Part shown: positions 29,338 through 39,121 of the stretch, one piece after another | Layout of the letters: each line of letters starts with the position of its first letter | Position numbering within the stretch: the first letter of the stretch is position 1 | Assembly (NCBI GenBank): GCA_021792255.1 | Contig: JAJYUZ010000001.1 | Coordinates: 416,001 to 480,000, forward strand | DNA length: 64,000 nucleotides | Source: Thermoplasmata archaeon | GTDB taxonomy: Archaea; Thermoplasmatota; Thermoplasmata; Thermoplasmatales; GCA-001856825 | Reading direction: 5' to 3' | Notes under the pieces: generated by a model | Seen by the model: only the letters and a program-made list of their open reading frames with translations | What the model was told of the DNA's origin: nothing | The model's database searches: none | Made by a program: the position numbers and the translations under genes

Positions 29338-31182
29338 ATGACGTCTGAAAATTCTGGAAACAAAGGAACTAAGGTACGGAGTAAAATCTTGACAATAGCA
29401 ATTGTTACCTTCGTTCTGACTATGTCTTTCGCAGTTCTTTTTGCGAATGGAAACGCAGCAACGCAACCCAGCGGAACGTATATCTGGGGTACTCCGGTAA
29501 GTACTCCGGTCACGGACCTTAACCCGCTTGTGGCAACCAATCTTGCAGGCGAAGCGACAGCAATAATGTATCCAACAAGTCTTCTGTATCCTCTGTCAGA
29601 TGGCAGTTTGATACCCTGGCTAGCAGAAAACTACACGATAAGTTCAAACGGCTTGGTCTATACATTTAATTTAGTCCACAACGCAACGTGGATGAATGGA
29701 ACGAGTGTCGCTGGTCCAATAACTGCTCAGGATGTTGCATTTACATTCAATGTCCTTAAAGCAAATTCGACGCTCGATTCGTATGGAGTAGATCCCTATC
29801 TCAAGTCTGTCACCGCTGTGAACAACTATACGGTCCAATTCGTGCTTAACTCATCTTCAATAATGATGTTGACGTATCTTGCAACACAAACGGTAATACC
29901 CGCCGCGTGGGGATCCCTAGTGAATGGCAATCTTTCGGCGGTAGGAGGCTACAACAATCTTGACACACCTCACCAACTGCAGGCAGGGCCTTTTATCCTA
30001 CAGTCTGCAAGTGAAACCTCATTAAACTTCGTTGCAAATACTCATTTCTGGATGGGTACACCTCACGTACTGAATTTGATCGTTGAGCCGTTTAAGTCTA
30101 CCTCCGCAATGACTCTCTCATTCCAAAGTGGAGCTATTGACGCAGAGTATCCGGCCATCAGCGACTATGCTGCACTAAGCACAACCTCTAATGTAGTCAA
30201 CAATATTTACAAGGAACCCTGGTCATACTACCTGTGGGACAACACACAAGTAGCACCATACAACAACACGAGTTTCAGACAGGGGCTTGCTTATGCAATT
30301 AACAAGACTCAAATCATGCAGAAGGCAGAAGATGGCATAGGCGGAAGCGGATCGTATGGAGGAGAACCTTGGACGAATACTTCTTGGTGGGCAGCAGGTT
30401 TGCCCGAGTATAAGTACAACACCACACTCGCTACGCAGTCATTCGAAGCCGCTGGTCTTACTATGAAGGGAGGTTTCTGGACATATCCAAACGGGACTGC
30501 AGTGCAGATCAAGATCGTGGATCCACCAGTTTCTGATTGGACTACGGCTGCCTCTTTCATTGCCAATGACTTGGGCCAGGCAGGATTCCAGGTAACGGAG
30601 TCTATAGTGCCTTTCAGTACATGGGCAACCGACATGTTCCACAGCAAAGTGTCCCAAGCAACTAATGTCATCAGCTACTTTGGTGCAACGCCATCATACT
30701 CCAACGCTTGGTATGTGTTACAGGACCTTTATTCCTACAACAGCTTCTGGGATGGCTATATAACTCACTGGAACAATGCAACGGTCAACAACATATTCAA
30801 TCAGACAGCGACCTTGGTCAATAACAACACATTACTGCTCCAAAAACTTGCAGTAGCACAGAGAATAATTGCACAGCAGGTACCAATGGTTCTGATAGGA
30901 GATGTTGGCAATTACTATGCGTATAACGATCAGAAGATAACCGGATTTGTTGCAAACGAGCCACCAGATGGAACCTACAATCTGATAAGAATATCAGTAC
31001 CATCCTCGGTAACGACTACCCCAACTTCGACGATACCTTCCTACGTGTATGCACTGATAGTAGTGATTGTTCTGATAGTTGTCATAGTGCCTATAGTCTA
31101 CATAATGTCCAAGAGAGGAAAGGCGAAGAAAACGGAAGAAGCCCCCTCGACACAACCGCAGGAACCTGAAAAGAAAACATAG
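29338..31182 (+). CDS. oppA: Family 5 (OppA/DppA) substrate-binding protein, archaeal type with C-terminal anchor
   Basis: Signal peptide, PWLAENY, ITAQDVAFTF, GPF, FRQGLAYAINK, Thr-rich linker and TM; many NxS/T sequons; divergent from oppBCDF. Confidence 0.88.
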   Translation: MTSENSGNKGTKVRSKILTIAIVTFVLTMSFAVLFANGNAATQPSGTYIWGTPVSTPVTDLNPLVATNLAGEATAIMYPTSLLYPLSDGSLIPWLAENYTISSNGLVYTFNLVHNATWMNGTSVAGPITAQDVAFTFNVLKANSTLDSYGVDPYLKSVTAVNNYTVQFVLNSSSIMMLTYLATQTVIPAAWGSLVNGNLSAVGGYNNLDTPHQLQAGPFILQSASETSLNFVANTHFWMGTPHVLNLIVEPFKSTSAMTLSFQSGAIDAEYPAISDYAALSTTSNVVNNIYKEPWSYYLWDNTQVAPYNNTSFRQGLAYAINKTQIMQKAEDGIGGSGSYGGEPWTNTSWWAAGLPEYKYNTTLATQSFEAAGLTMKGGFWTYPNGTAVQIKIVDPPVSDWTTAASFIANDLGQAGFQVTESIVPFSTWATDMFHSKVSQATNVISYFGATPSYSNAWYVLQDLYSYNSFWDGYITHWNNATVNNIFNQTATLVNNNTLLLQKLAVAQRIIAQQVPMVLIGDVGNYYAYNDQKITGFVANEPPDGTYNLIRISVPSSVTTTPTSTIPSYVYALIVVIVLIVVIVPIVYIMSKRGKAKKTEEAPSTQPQEPEKKT

Positions 31183-31189
31183 TATTTGA

Positions 31190-31230
31190 CCATCTTTTTT
31201 TTATTTTTCTTTATTTTCTTTCAATTTTAA
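31190..31230 (+). terminator. Oligo-T archaeal terminator after oppA
   Basis: TCTTTTTTTTATTTTTCTTTATTTTCTTT directly after the stop codon. Confidence 0.6.
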
Positions 31231-31304
31231 ATCACAGCTAACCTCTTTTGAATCGCTAGGATTTGTGACCACATTTTAATTATACGAACCTGAATTCTCT
31301 CCAG

Positions 31305-32519
31305 TCACCGGTAGATTAGGAATTCTTCTCTATTCTCGATAAACAACGACTCATCAGATTTCAGTTTCTCTTCAAGCGCTTCCATTTCACCGTTTTGGAG
31401 GTAGTTTCTTATCAGAGAAGTGCCAGCAACTCGGTCAAAATAGTCGTTGTGAAACTGGAATTCTTCTGGATAGTCGTGAATTAATAAGTCCAGTAGCCTG
31501 GCACTGAATATGAATGGCCTAAATTTGTTCCTGTCTCTTATGTGAACCTCAATGCCCTGACATTTCATACCCTGGAACTTTGAGAACGTCGGTGTGAACC
31601 TGATCTCGCTTACTGCCACACCGGGCATATTAAGATCGTTGATTTCGTGGGCGAATTTGTGACCATCTATCCACGGTGCACCGATTATCTCAAACGGTTT
31701 TGTAGTTCCCCTTCCTTCAGAGACGTTTGTTCCCTCGAACATTACCTGTCCGGGATAAACGGTGGCCGTGTCAATTGAGGGCATGTTGGGAGACGGAAGT
31801 GTCCATGGCCATCCCGTTTCATCAAACCACATTTTTCTATTCCAAGAAGCCATCCTTGAGATTCTTAAATCGACCCTGTTCTCGAACAAATTTGCATTGG
31901 TCATCGAGGCAAGCTCCCCTAACGTCATTCCGTGCCTCATCGTAATGGCATAGGCACCAATATAAGATCTGTACTTGGGATAATCAAGAATTGGCCCTTC
32001 CACGCTCGCTCCGTTTATCGGATTTGGTCGGTCCAAGACTGTCAGCTCGATCCCCCTATTGGCACAAGTTTCCATTGCATTGACCATCGAAGCTACGTGC
32101 GTATAAACCCTTGTTCCCACGTCTTGAATATCGAAAATCACCGCATCCAGCTCCGATGCTATCTCTTCTGGAATATACTTTCCAGTATCTTTTGTATCGA
32201 ACGATCTCATCTTGCCGTCCGTGCTCGGGATTCTCTGCTCTTTTTTACCTTGTCTGTATATGCTATAGACCATGACGCCTAGTTCTTTGTCAAAATAGGA
32301 AGGTACAGACTCGCCTGCCTGTTCGTTGATATGAAATCCGTGCTCGGGTGAGAACAGAGCAGAGATTTTAATTCCGAATTTATTTAGTAGGTAGTCTGCT
32401 GTATATCCCAGATCAAAAGAGATTCCAGTCCTATTAGTTATTAGACCAATTCTCTTTTTTTGCAATTGCTGAGCGAATTCTTTCCCAACCGTTTCTAGGC
32501 CAACTTTGACGCGCACCAC
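31305..32519 (-). CDS. namZ: Exo-beta-N-acetylmuramidase NamZ (DUF1343/YbbC, GH171)
   Basis: GLITNRTG, LFSPEHG, FDIQDVGTRVYT, LDRPNP, RHGMTLGEL, PSPNMP, EGTNVSEGRGTTKPFE. Confidence 0.92.
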   Translation of the reverse strand: MVRVKVGLETVGKEFAQQLQKKRIGLITNRTGISFDLGYTADYLLNKFGIKISALFSPEHGFHINEQAGESVPSYFDKELGVMVYSIYRQGKKEQRIPSTDGKMRSFDTKDTGKYIPEEIASELDAVIFDIQDVGTRVYTHVASMVNAMETCANRGIELTVLDRPNPINGASVEGPILDYPKYRSYIGAYAITMRHGMTLGELASMTNANLFENRVDLRISRMASWNRKMWFDETGWPWTLPSPNMPSIDTATVYPGQVMFEGTNVSEGRGTTKPFEIIGAPWIDGHKFAHEINDLNMPGVAVSEIRFTPTFSKFQGMKCQGIEVHIRDRNKFRPFIFSARLLDLLIHDYPEEFQFHNDYFDRVAGTSLIRNYLQNGEMEALEEKLKSDESLFIENREEFLIYR

Positions 32520-32637
32520 CTCGTAGATTTCTCCAACTCTTAAGTGTTGCTAAATTATATACTGCTCCAGTAATCTGTCAGCGACCAGTCTAATAGGCTC
32601 AATTTCAGAATGCCGATAATAATTTCATTCTCTGGTT

Positions 32638-33690
32638 ATGCAAAGAATTTTAGACCCAGTGGAATTGAGTTGGGTGAATATTGTATCAGTAGACGGCGGG
32701 GCAACGAAAACTATAGCCGTTGTCTACAACGAAGAAAAAAAATTGCTGGGAGCAGGAGTTTCTGGTCCATCGAACTACAGAAACGTCGGTGTTCGGATGT
32801 TTAAGATCAACCTTTTGAGCGCAATCGAAAAGGCAGTAGCTTCATCTGGAGCATCCGATATAGGGGAGTACACTTTTGCGCTAGCTGGAATGAAGGATTC
32901 CAAGAAGTCCTCAGATAAGATCATGGGGATTCTTAACGCGATCATTCCTAGCTCTAATATTTCGTTCTTCAATGATGGGGAGGCGGGTTTCTTCTCAAGG
33001 TTCCCTGAAGGGAGAGGAATTGTAGTGGCTCCAGGTACCGGAATGGTATCATACGGACGCATTGGAGAAAAGATCGAAAGATCGTCGGGTTGGGGTTGGT
33101 TTCTGGACGACGAAGGAAGTGCCTTTTCGATCGGTAAGCGGGCACTCCAGGAGGCAGTAAAATTAATGGACAAGAGGGACGAAAGAGTGTCGATTCTGCC
33201 TGATTTTGTGAGACAATATTACGGACTATCTGCGGATAGAGACATAATCAACATAATACACAGAAGAGTGTTCGATGTCAGGGGGATAGCTCTACTGTCT
33301 CGATACGTTTCAAAATTTGCAGTGGAGGGGGATCCCGTCTCTTTGGGAATAATGAAAGAAGCAGCGGAGGAGACATCACGAGCTGCAGTTTCACTCTACA
33401 AGAGACTGGGAGAGCCCAAAGATATCGCGATTAGTGGGTATGGCGGGGTTCTGAGAGCAGGCGAGTGGTACTGGGACACGATCAAGAAGAACATCGAAAA
33501 CAAAATAGGAAAATCTCAGTTCAGACCTCCAATTTCTGGATACGAAGCGGTTCTAGGTTCCATAGTACTGAAATACAAAATCCTTGGAGTGAACGTCGAC
33601 GAGGCTATGGTTACTGACTTTAGGAAGCAATTATCGGTACTGATTGATAGAATGAGCGTTGAGGACAAGAAAGAGTTTCTTCTGCTTTGA
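32638..33690 (+). CDS. BadF/BadG-family amino sugar kinase (MurK/NagK-like)
   Basis: VDGGATKT, GPSN, ND, PGTG, GWGWFLDDEGSA; start may be GTG 32674. Confidence 0.85.
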   Translation: MQRILDPVELSWVNIVSVDGGATKTIAVVYNEEKKLLGAGVSGPSNYRNVGVRMFKINLLSAIEKAVASSGASDIGEYTFALAGMKDSKKSSDKIMGILNAIIPSSNISFFNDGEAGFFSRFPEGRGIVVAPGTGMVSYGRIGEKIERSSGWGWFLDDEGSAFSIGKRALQEAVKLMDKRDERVSILPDFVRQYYGLSADRDIINIIHRRVFDVRGIALLSRYVSKFAVEGDPVSLGIMKEAAEETSRAAVSLYKRLGEPKDIAISGYGGVLRAGEWYWDTIKKNIENKIGKSQFRPPISGYEAVLGSIVLKYKILGVNVDEAMVTDFRKQLSVLIDRMSVEDKKEFLLL

Positions 33691-33723
33691 ATGATGACAA
33701 TTATTCTGAACTCGGACAGAAAT

Positions 33724-35148
33724 CTAGAGGTTTGCTCCCTCTATTTCCCCTGGATCATAAAATCCGAGTATCGAGTATAAAGAAGCCAGAACACTTTCGA
33801 GCTTTTCGCTCATCGCACTGATGTAACCAACCTGTTCGTTAAGAAGACTGGAATCTACTGGTATTCCTGTCGAAACAAAACAGCATTTATTGCTATTCGA
33901 AAGTTCGTTTATCATCTTCCATGTTTCACTCAAATGAAGATTCTTTCCTATGAAGATCACATTTGCGTTTTCTAACTTCAGTTCGTCGTTGAGATAGCGT
34001 ATCTCGTTCTCTATCTTCAGATCGTTAAGCTTCTTGCCTAATTGTTGATACATAGTAAAGGGCCAGGAGCTTTCGTCCCCCCTATTCCGGAGGGGCACGA
34101 TAAAGACGCGTTTCTCCAGATCAAGTTTCTTCTTCCTGATCCACTTTATTGCATTAACTGATATCCAATTCATAACTTCAGGTGGAGAGGATGTGTGACC
34201 GGACGGATGGATGTTCATTCTCAGGAGCCTTTCCTCTTTTTGTTTCGTGTCCACCTCGGCTCTCTTTTCAAGATGTTCAAATATTTCTAGTGCCAGATCA
34301 GGGTCTGCGCATTCGAGAACGTCTGCGCCTCCGGAAAAAGACGATTTGGTGAACTCTGCAACTGAAAAATTTGCAGATATTGCTTTCATATCCAGAGAAT
34401 CCGTAATTATCAGATTTTGGAATCCCAGATCCTTCCTGAGATACGACATTATTTTATTAGACATCGATGCTGGGAAATCTGGGTCTAGGGCTTCGTATTT
34501 GATGTGGGACATCATTATACTTTTCACATCTTTCTTTATTGCACTCTTGAATGGAGTGATGCTGTTCATTATTGAATCTGCCCCTCTTCCGTCAACTGGC
34601 AGTTTTAGATGTGAATCCTCACGCACGTAACCGTGTCCTGGAAAATGTTTCGCAGTAGCAGCAACTCCAGCAGCCTGTATTCCTTCTATATAGCCCTCGC
34701 CCAACCTAGAAACTACTTCTGGGTTTGCCCCGAACGACCTCTCCATCACTATTGGGTTGTCTGAATTGGAAAATGTGTCGAGGACAGGGGCTAGGTTCCA
34801 ATATATTCCGACCTCCCTAAGCTGATGTCCGGTGATGTTTCCAGCGTACCTCGCAAAGACCTGGCTTCCAAGGACCCCGAGAGCATAATTGCTTGGTAGG
34901 TAATCTAGGTCCCTTATTCTGACAACATTCCCTCCTTCTTGATCTATGGCGATTATCGGTCTTTGAATTTTTAACTCCTTGTCGTAGAAAGAGAAGATAG
35001 TTCTAATCAAATTTCTCAAAGAGTCAATACCGTTGAAATCCCTTCCCAGGAGCACAATTGATCCTGGCTTTATCGTATTCAGAACCTTCTTCGTTTTCTC
35101 CATGTTGGTTCCGTCGATGCCGGGCTGAAGGAATAGTCCTGATCTCAT
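33724..35148 (-). CDS. nagZ: GH3 beta-N-acetylglucosaminidase
   Basis: IDQEGG, NLAPVLD, RSFG, NagZ signature KHFPGHGxxxxDSH, ITDSLDM; no signal peptide. Confidence 0.93.
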   Translation of the reverse strand: MRSGLFLQPGIDGTNMEKTKKVLNTIKPGSIVLLGRDFNGIDSLRNLIRTIFSFYDKELKIQRPIIAIDQEGGNVVRIRDLDYLPSNYALGVLGSQVFARYAGNITGHQLREVGIYWNLAPVLDTFSNSDNPIVMERSFGANPEVVSRLGEGYIEGIQAAGVAATAKHFPGHGYVREDSHLKLPVDGRGADSIMNSITPFKSAIKKDVKSIMMSHIKYEALDPDFPASMSNKIMSYLRKDLGFQNLIITDSLDMKAISANFSVAEFTKSSFSGGADVLECADPDLALEIFEHLEKRAEVDTKQKEERLLRMNIHPSGHTSSPPEVMNWISVNAIKWIRKKKLDLEKRVFIVPLRNRGDESSWPFTMYQQLGKKLNDLKIENEIRYLNDELKLENANVIFIGKNLHLSETWKMINELSNSNKCCFVSTGIPVDSSLLNEQVGYISAMSEKLESVLASLYSILGFYDPGEIEGANL

Positions 35149-35287
35149 CGCTAATTATCCATTTCCTGTATATAATTTGATGGAGAGCTTTGAGTATCTT
35201 TGGTTAATGCCTTTCCCAGTGTCCTATCGATAGTTCACTTCCTTCCCTGAAAGACTGGGTTTAATTATTTGTAAGGCATGCTTTGCC

Positions 35288-36352
35288 ATGATATCTTCAG
35301 TCGAGTTCAAGAGAATCGAAATTGCAATGAAGAAGCCTTTTGTTATAGCAATCGGAAGCACTTCAGTCTATGAAGGATTCATCGTGAAGGTGAAGACTGA
35401 CGACGGATACGAGGGAATAGGAGAGGCTGTGCCGACGCCACATATCATGGGCGATACCATGGGTTCGGTCGAGAACGAGCTTGGAATATTCCAAAAGAAT
35501 ATAGTTGGAATGGAGACCAGCCCGGAAAGGATCAATGAGAAGATGTTCTCTCTCGCAAGAAATTCAAAGGCGAGCAGAGCGGCAGTAGATATGGCCATTT
35601 GGGACATTATAGGAAAAAAAGCGAAACTTCCAGTTCATTCCATCCTTGGAAATTACAGGAGCGAATTTGAGACAAGTTACACGGTCGATCTAGTAGAGCC
35701 AGAAGTTGCAGGAAGGGAAGCCGCAGAACTGCTGAGGGATGGAGTCGTTGTTTTCAAGATTAAGCTCGGATCTGGATTGGAAAAGGACTATGCTAGGGTA
35801 GAAAGGGTTAGGAAAATAGTGGGTGATGATAAGGAGGTATATGTGGACTTCAATCAGTCATACTCTGCAAAGAAAGCAATAGCACTATCAGAAAAGATTT
35901 CAAAATTCAACATAGAGTTTCTTGAACAACCCGTGCCCGCAAACGATGTGAGAGCGCTGAGGTTTGTCAGGGAGCACACGTCTATCCCCGTGATGGCAGA
36001 TGAGGCTGTCATGTCACCTCAGGATGCTGCCACAATCATACAAAACGAAGCAGCCGATATGATAAACCTGAAGCTCATGAAGTCAGGGGGCATCACAGAT
36101 GGGTTGACCATCATCAAGACTTCACAATCGTTCAGAATTCCTGTGATGATTGGTTGCATGGTGGAGACCAGACTGGCAAATACTGCGGGCTTGCACCTGG
36201 CTCTTTCTCAACCAGCCGTCAAATATACCGATTTAGATGGGTTCTCTAGCTTAAAGGAAGATATAGTCAACGGCGGAATCTCCTTCAAGAATGGAAAGAA
36301 TTCGTTGGGAGATGGACCGGGATTGGGAGTCAATCTCAAAAAAGGTTATTGA
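35288..36352 (+). CDS. ykfB: L-Ala-D/L-Glu dipeptide epimerase (YkfB/YcjG-like, enolase superfamily)
   Basis: PFVIA, GIGEA, FKIKLG, DFNQ, EQP, ADE, NLKLMKSGG, GCMVE, DLD (epimerase DxD). Confidence 0.88.
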   Translation: MISSVEFKRIEIAMKKPFVIAIGSTSVYEGFIVKVKTDDGYEGIGEAVPTPHIMGDTMGSVENELGIFQKNIVGMETSPERINEKMFSLARNSKASRAAVDMAIWDIIGKKAKLPVHSILGNYRSEFETSYTVDLVEPEVAGREAAELLRDGVVVFKIKLGSGLEKDYARVERVRKIVGDDKEVYVDFNQSYSAKKAIALSEKISKFNIEFLEQPVPANDVRALRFVREHTSIPVMADEAVMSPQDAATIIQNEAADMINLKLMKSGGITDGLTIIKTSQSFRIPVMIGCMVETRLANTAGLHLALSQPAVKYTDLDGFSSLKEDIVNGGISFKNGKNSLGDGPGLGVNLKKGY

Positions 36353-36523
36353 AGGAATTTTTCTGGATTGATATCCATTATGATACGTTCCGAGTTCACT
36401 CTAGACTGTAGAAAGACCTTGGATCATTCGTTCAAATCGCCCCATAGCTTTATCGCTAAGTCGGATGCTGCGAAGAAAGATTTGATGAAAAGAAATATTA
36501 AAGCTCCTTGGATTTGACTGAGA

Positions 36524-37615
36524 ATGAACGAATCTTTATCATTTATCTTTAGGGACAAGAAGGGAAGAGACATCCATTCCCAATCTTCAAAACTGCCAAT
36601 GATACCTGCCTCAAACATGAAGATAGTGACTGGACTCATCAGTTCTTTTTTGCTTGGAGAAAATTTTGAAATCTTGACTGAATTCAGAATCTCGGGAGAC
36701 AAACTCATAGTTTCAGGAGGCCCCTCTCCGTTACTGCGGACACCAGAGGTAGAAACGATACGAGAGCAACTTGGGAAATATAATGTGACTAGGGTAATGT
36801 TCAACGGAAGCTTTGACTGGAATGAATACGCTCCGAAATGGGCCCCTGAAGACCAAAATGAATGTTATCAGTCGAGAATTTCGTCCTTCTCGCTCAATGA
36901 AAATTGTATTCCTAGAACGAAAAAAATTCGTGTGACGAAGACATATGACCCGCATTCGGAAAGAGGGGTCTCAGACATCCGACCATATGACACTCTTTCG
37001 AAGAAATTGCTTCGCGATTCGGCTGATAATATTTTCCCTTCTTTTGAATTTACAACCTTCTCCAAAGGAAAACTCGTTTATGTTCACAAAGAAAAGATAG
37101 GAGACATACTCGAACATCTGGAACCTATTAGCTGCAACTTTTCGGCCGATAGCTTATACAAGTTCATTCACCATTTCCGAACCGGACTGCCAGGAAGCTG
37201 GAAGGGAGGTTCTGAAACCATAATGGAAGAGATTGGAAAGCTAGGTCTGTCAGAGCCGGATCTATTTGTCGTGGATGGATCGGGTCTTTCATCTCTCAAC
37301 AAACTTACTCCCTCCTTTTTGTCCAGACTGATGAGATTTGCTGTTGAACACAATGGTGGCAAATTCTTGGAATATCTGCCATCTCCAGGAACTGGAACTT
37401 TAGAGAAGAGACTCGAGGAATTCAGGGACTATGGAATCAAGGCGAAGACCGGATCTCTTACCGGAGTGGCGACCCTCAGTGGATACATAAAGAAACTCGA
37501 CATCACTTTTAGTATCATGTTGAACAACACAGGCAAGAAAGGCAAGGCTGCCAGCGACGTTGTAGATGAAACTCTCGGGGAAGGGATCGATAGGATAGAG
37601 AAATTACGGAAATGA
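36524..37615 (+). CDS. dacB: Peptidase S13 D-Ala-D-Ala carboxypeptidase/endopeptidase (PBP4/DacB-like)
   Basis: PASNMK (SxxK), SCN (SxN), DGSGLS, AKTGSL (KTG), LSGY; no signal peptide. Confidence 0.88.
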   Translation: MNESLSFIFRDKKGRDIHSQSSKLPMIPASNMKIVTGLISSFLLGENFEILTEFRISGDKLIVSGGPSPLLRTPEVETIREQLGKYNVTRVMFNGSFDWNEYAPKWAPEDQNECYQSRISSFSLNENCIPRTKKIRVTKTYDPHSERGVSDIRPYDTLSKKLLRDSADNIFPSFEFTTFSKGKLVYVHKEKIGDILEHLEPISCNFSADSLYKFIHHFRTGLPGSWKGGSETIMEEIGKLGLSEPDLFVVDGSGLSSLNKLTPSFLSRLMRFAVEHNGGKFLEYLPSPGTGTLEKRLEEFRDYGIKAKTGSLTGVATLSGYIKKLDITFSIMLNNTGKKGKAASDVVDETLGEGIDRIEKLRK

Positions 37616-37710
37616 GCACCGAAAGAAACATTGCTTTGGAAGAGCACTATGCTTCCTCCTAGCGGGACTTGAACGTTCAAAAGTTGTCTCCTTTAAAAAA
37701 TCGACATCCT

Positions 37711-38979
37711 TTATTGACCAAGTGGAAGGGCGAAAGTGTTGAGCATATCATCGAGGCTCTCTTTCCTTTTGATGATAATCTCTTCGGACCCATCTAGTAG
37801 GAGTTCAACGGGTCTCTTCAAGAGGTTGTAATTAGACGCCATCGAGGATACGTAAGCGCCACAATTGAGAAAGGCAATCGTGTCTCCTTCTTCAATCTCT
37901 GGGAGCGACACTCCTTTGAACAATATATCAGTGTTCTCGCATACCTGCCCTCCAATATTACACTTCACAATATGAGGATCTGTGGCCTTATTCGCAACCA
38001 GAATGGGATGAGTCGCTCCGTACAGAGGTGCCCTTATCAGCGAATTCATACCGACATCTGTTCCAATGTACAGTCCGTCATAGCTCTTCACATTCGCGAC
38101 CCTGCCCAAGAGAACTCCTGTGTTTGCAATTATATAGCGACCAGGCTCTATAACGAGTCTACAATTCTTGAAGAAACCTCTCGATCGACTGTCCTCGAAG
38201 TTCTCTAAGATGTATTTGGCTACGGATCTTATATCAAGTTCCTCCTCATCTTTCTTGTACGGAACACCCAAGCCACCTCCAATATCCAAAAATTCGAATT
38301 CTATGTCATTATCTTGGGCGATCCTTTCTGCAATGGAGAAGAACATTCTGGACGATTGCCTGAAGAACGACGGGTCAAGAACGTTCGATCCAGTCATCAT
38401 GTGTATGCCAAATCTCTTACATCCGTGTGCCTTTGCGGTCTTGTAAGCATTATTAGCGGCCTCTGGGGGCATACCGAACTTGCTGCCTTTGCCGCCCGTG
38501 GTTATTCCTTTAAACTCTCCCTTGCCTATTCCTGGATTCACTCTGAAAGACACCACGTTTGGAAGATTGTCCTTTATCAGTTCCATTTGGCCGACATCGT
38601 CAAAATTTAATATCACACCTTCAGCCGATATTTTCGCTAACTCATCCTTCGATAGGTTATTGGGGGTAGCAATTATCCTATCTGCGCTGGCTCCGACCCT
38701 TAGTGCCAACAGTACTTCGTTCAGGTTCGCTGCGTCAAAACCAACTCCCATTTCTCTCAAGATTGAGAGAAGGGCTGGATTGAAATTCGACTTGATGGAA
38801 AAAATGACAGACAGGTAGTCTGCATTGAAAGCATCTGAGAGTTTCTTTACATTTTCCTGAATCTTTCTCTTAGAATACACAATGAGTGGGGTACCATACT
38901 TCCTACTCAGTTCTACCAGATTCCTGTCGTCAAGAAATAGATTATTGTTCTTTACATCAAAGTACCTTAGATAATCCAC
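37711..38979 (-). CDS. lysA: Diaminopimelate decarboxylase
   Basis: YGTP, FSIKSN PLP lysine, FRVNP, SKFG, DIGGG, EPGR, GQVCENTD, GAY, SNYN. Confidence 0.9.
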   Translation of the reverse strand: MDYLRYFDVKNNNLFLDDRNLVELSRKYGTPLIVYSKRKIQENVKKLSDAFNADYLSVIFSIKSNFNPALLSILREMGVGFDAANLNEVLLALRVGASADRIIATPNNLSKDELAKISAEGVILNFDDVGQMELIKDNLPNVVSFRVNPGIGKGEFKGITTGGKGSKFGMPPEAANNAYKTAKAHGCKRFGIHMMTGSNVLDPSFFRQSSRMFFSIAERIAQDNDIEFEFLDIGGGLGVPYKKDEEELDIRSVAKYILENFEDSRSRGFFKNCRLVIEPGRYIIANTGVLLGRVANVKSYDGLYIGTDVGMNSLIRAPLYGATHPILVANKATDPHIVKCNIGGQVCENTDILFKGVSLPEIEEGDTIAFLNCGAYVSSMASNYNLLKRPVELLLDGSEEIIIKRKESLDDMLNTFALPLGQ

Positions 38980-39121
38980 GTCCTTCTATAATTTATGGAT
39001 ATTTTAGCTCTTTGACTGTCATTGGATCCTCTCAGAAGATTTCACGCTTCGAACTCTGATAAACACAGAAACGTTTCTTCTGCTAGCAAACGTGATTGCA
39101 TAGGGAGCAAGCAATATTCCA

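Noticed and set aside
33688-33720. ATGATGA...CTGA after the kinase stop as a C/D sRNA
   Set aside because: Only 8 nt separate the boxes, too short for a guide.
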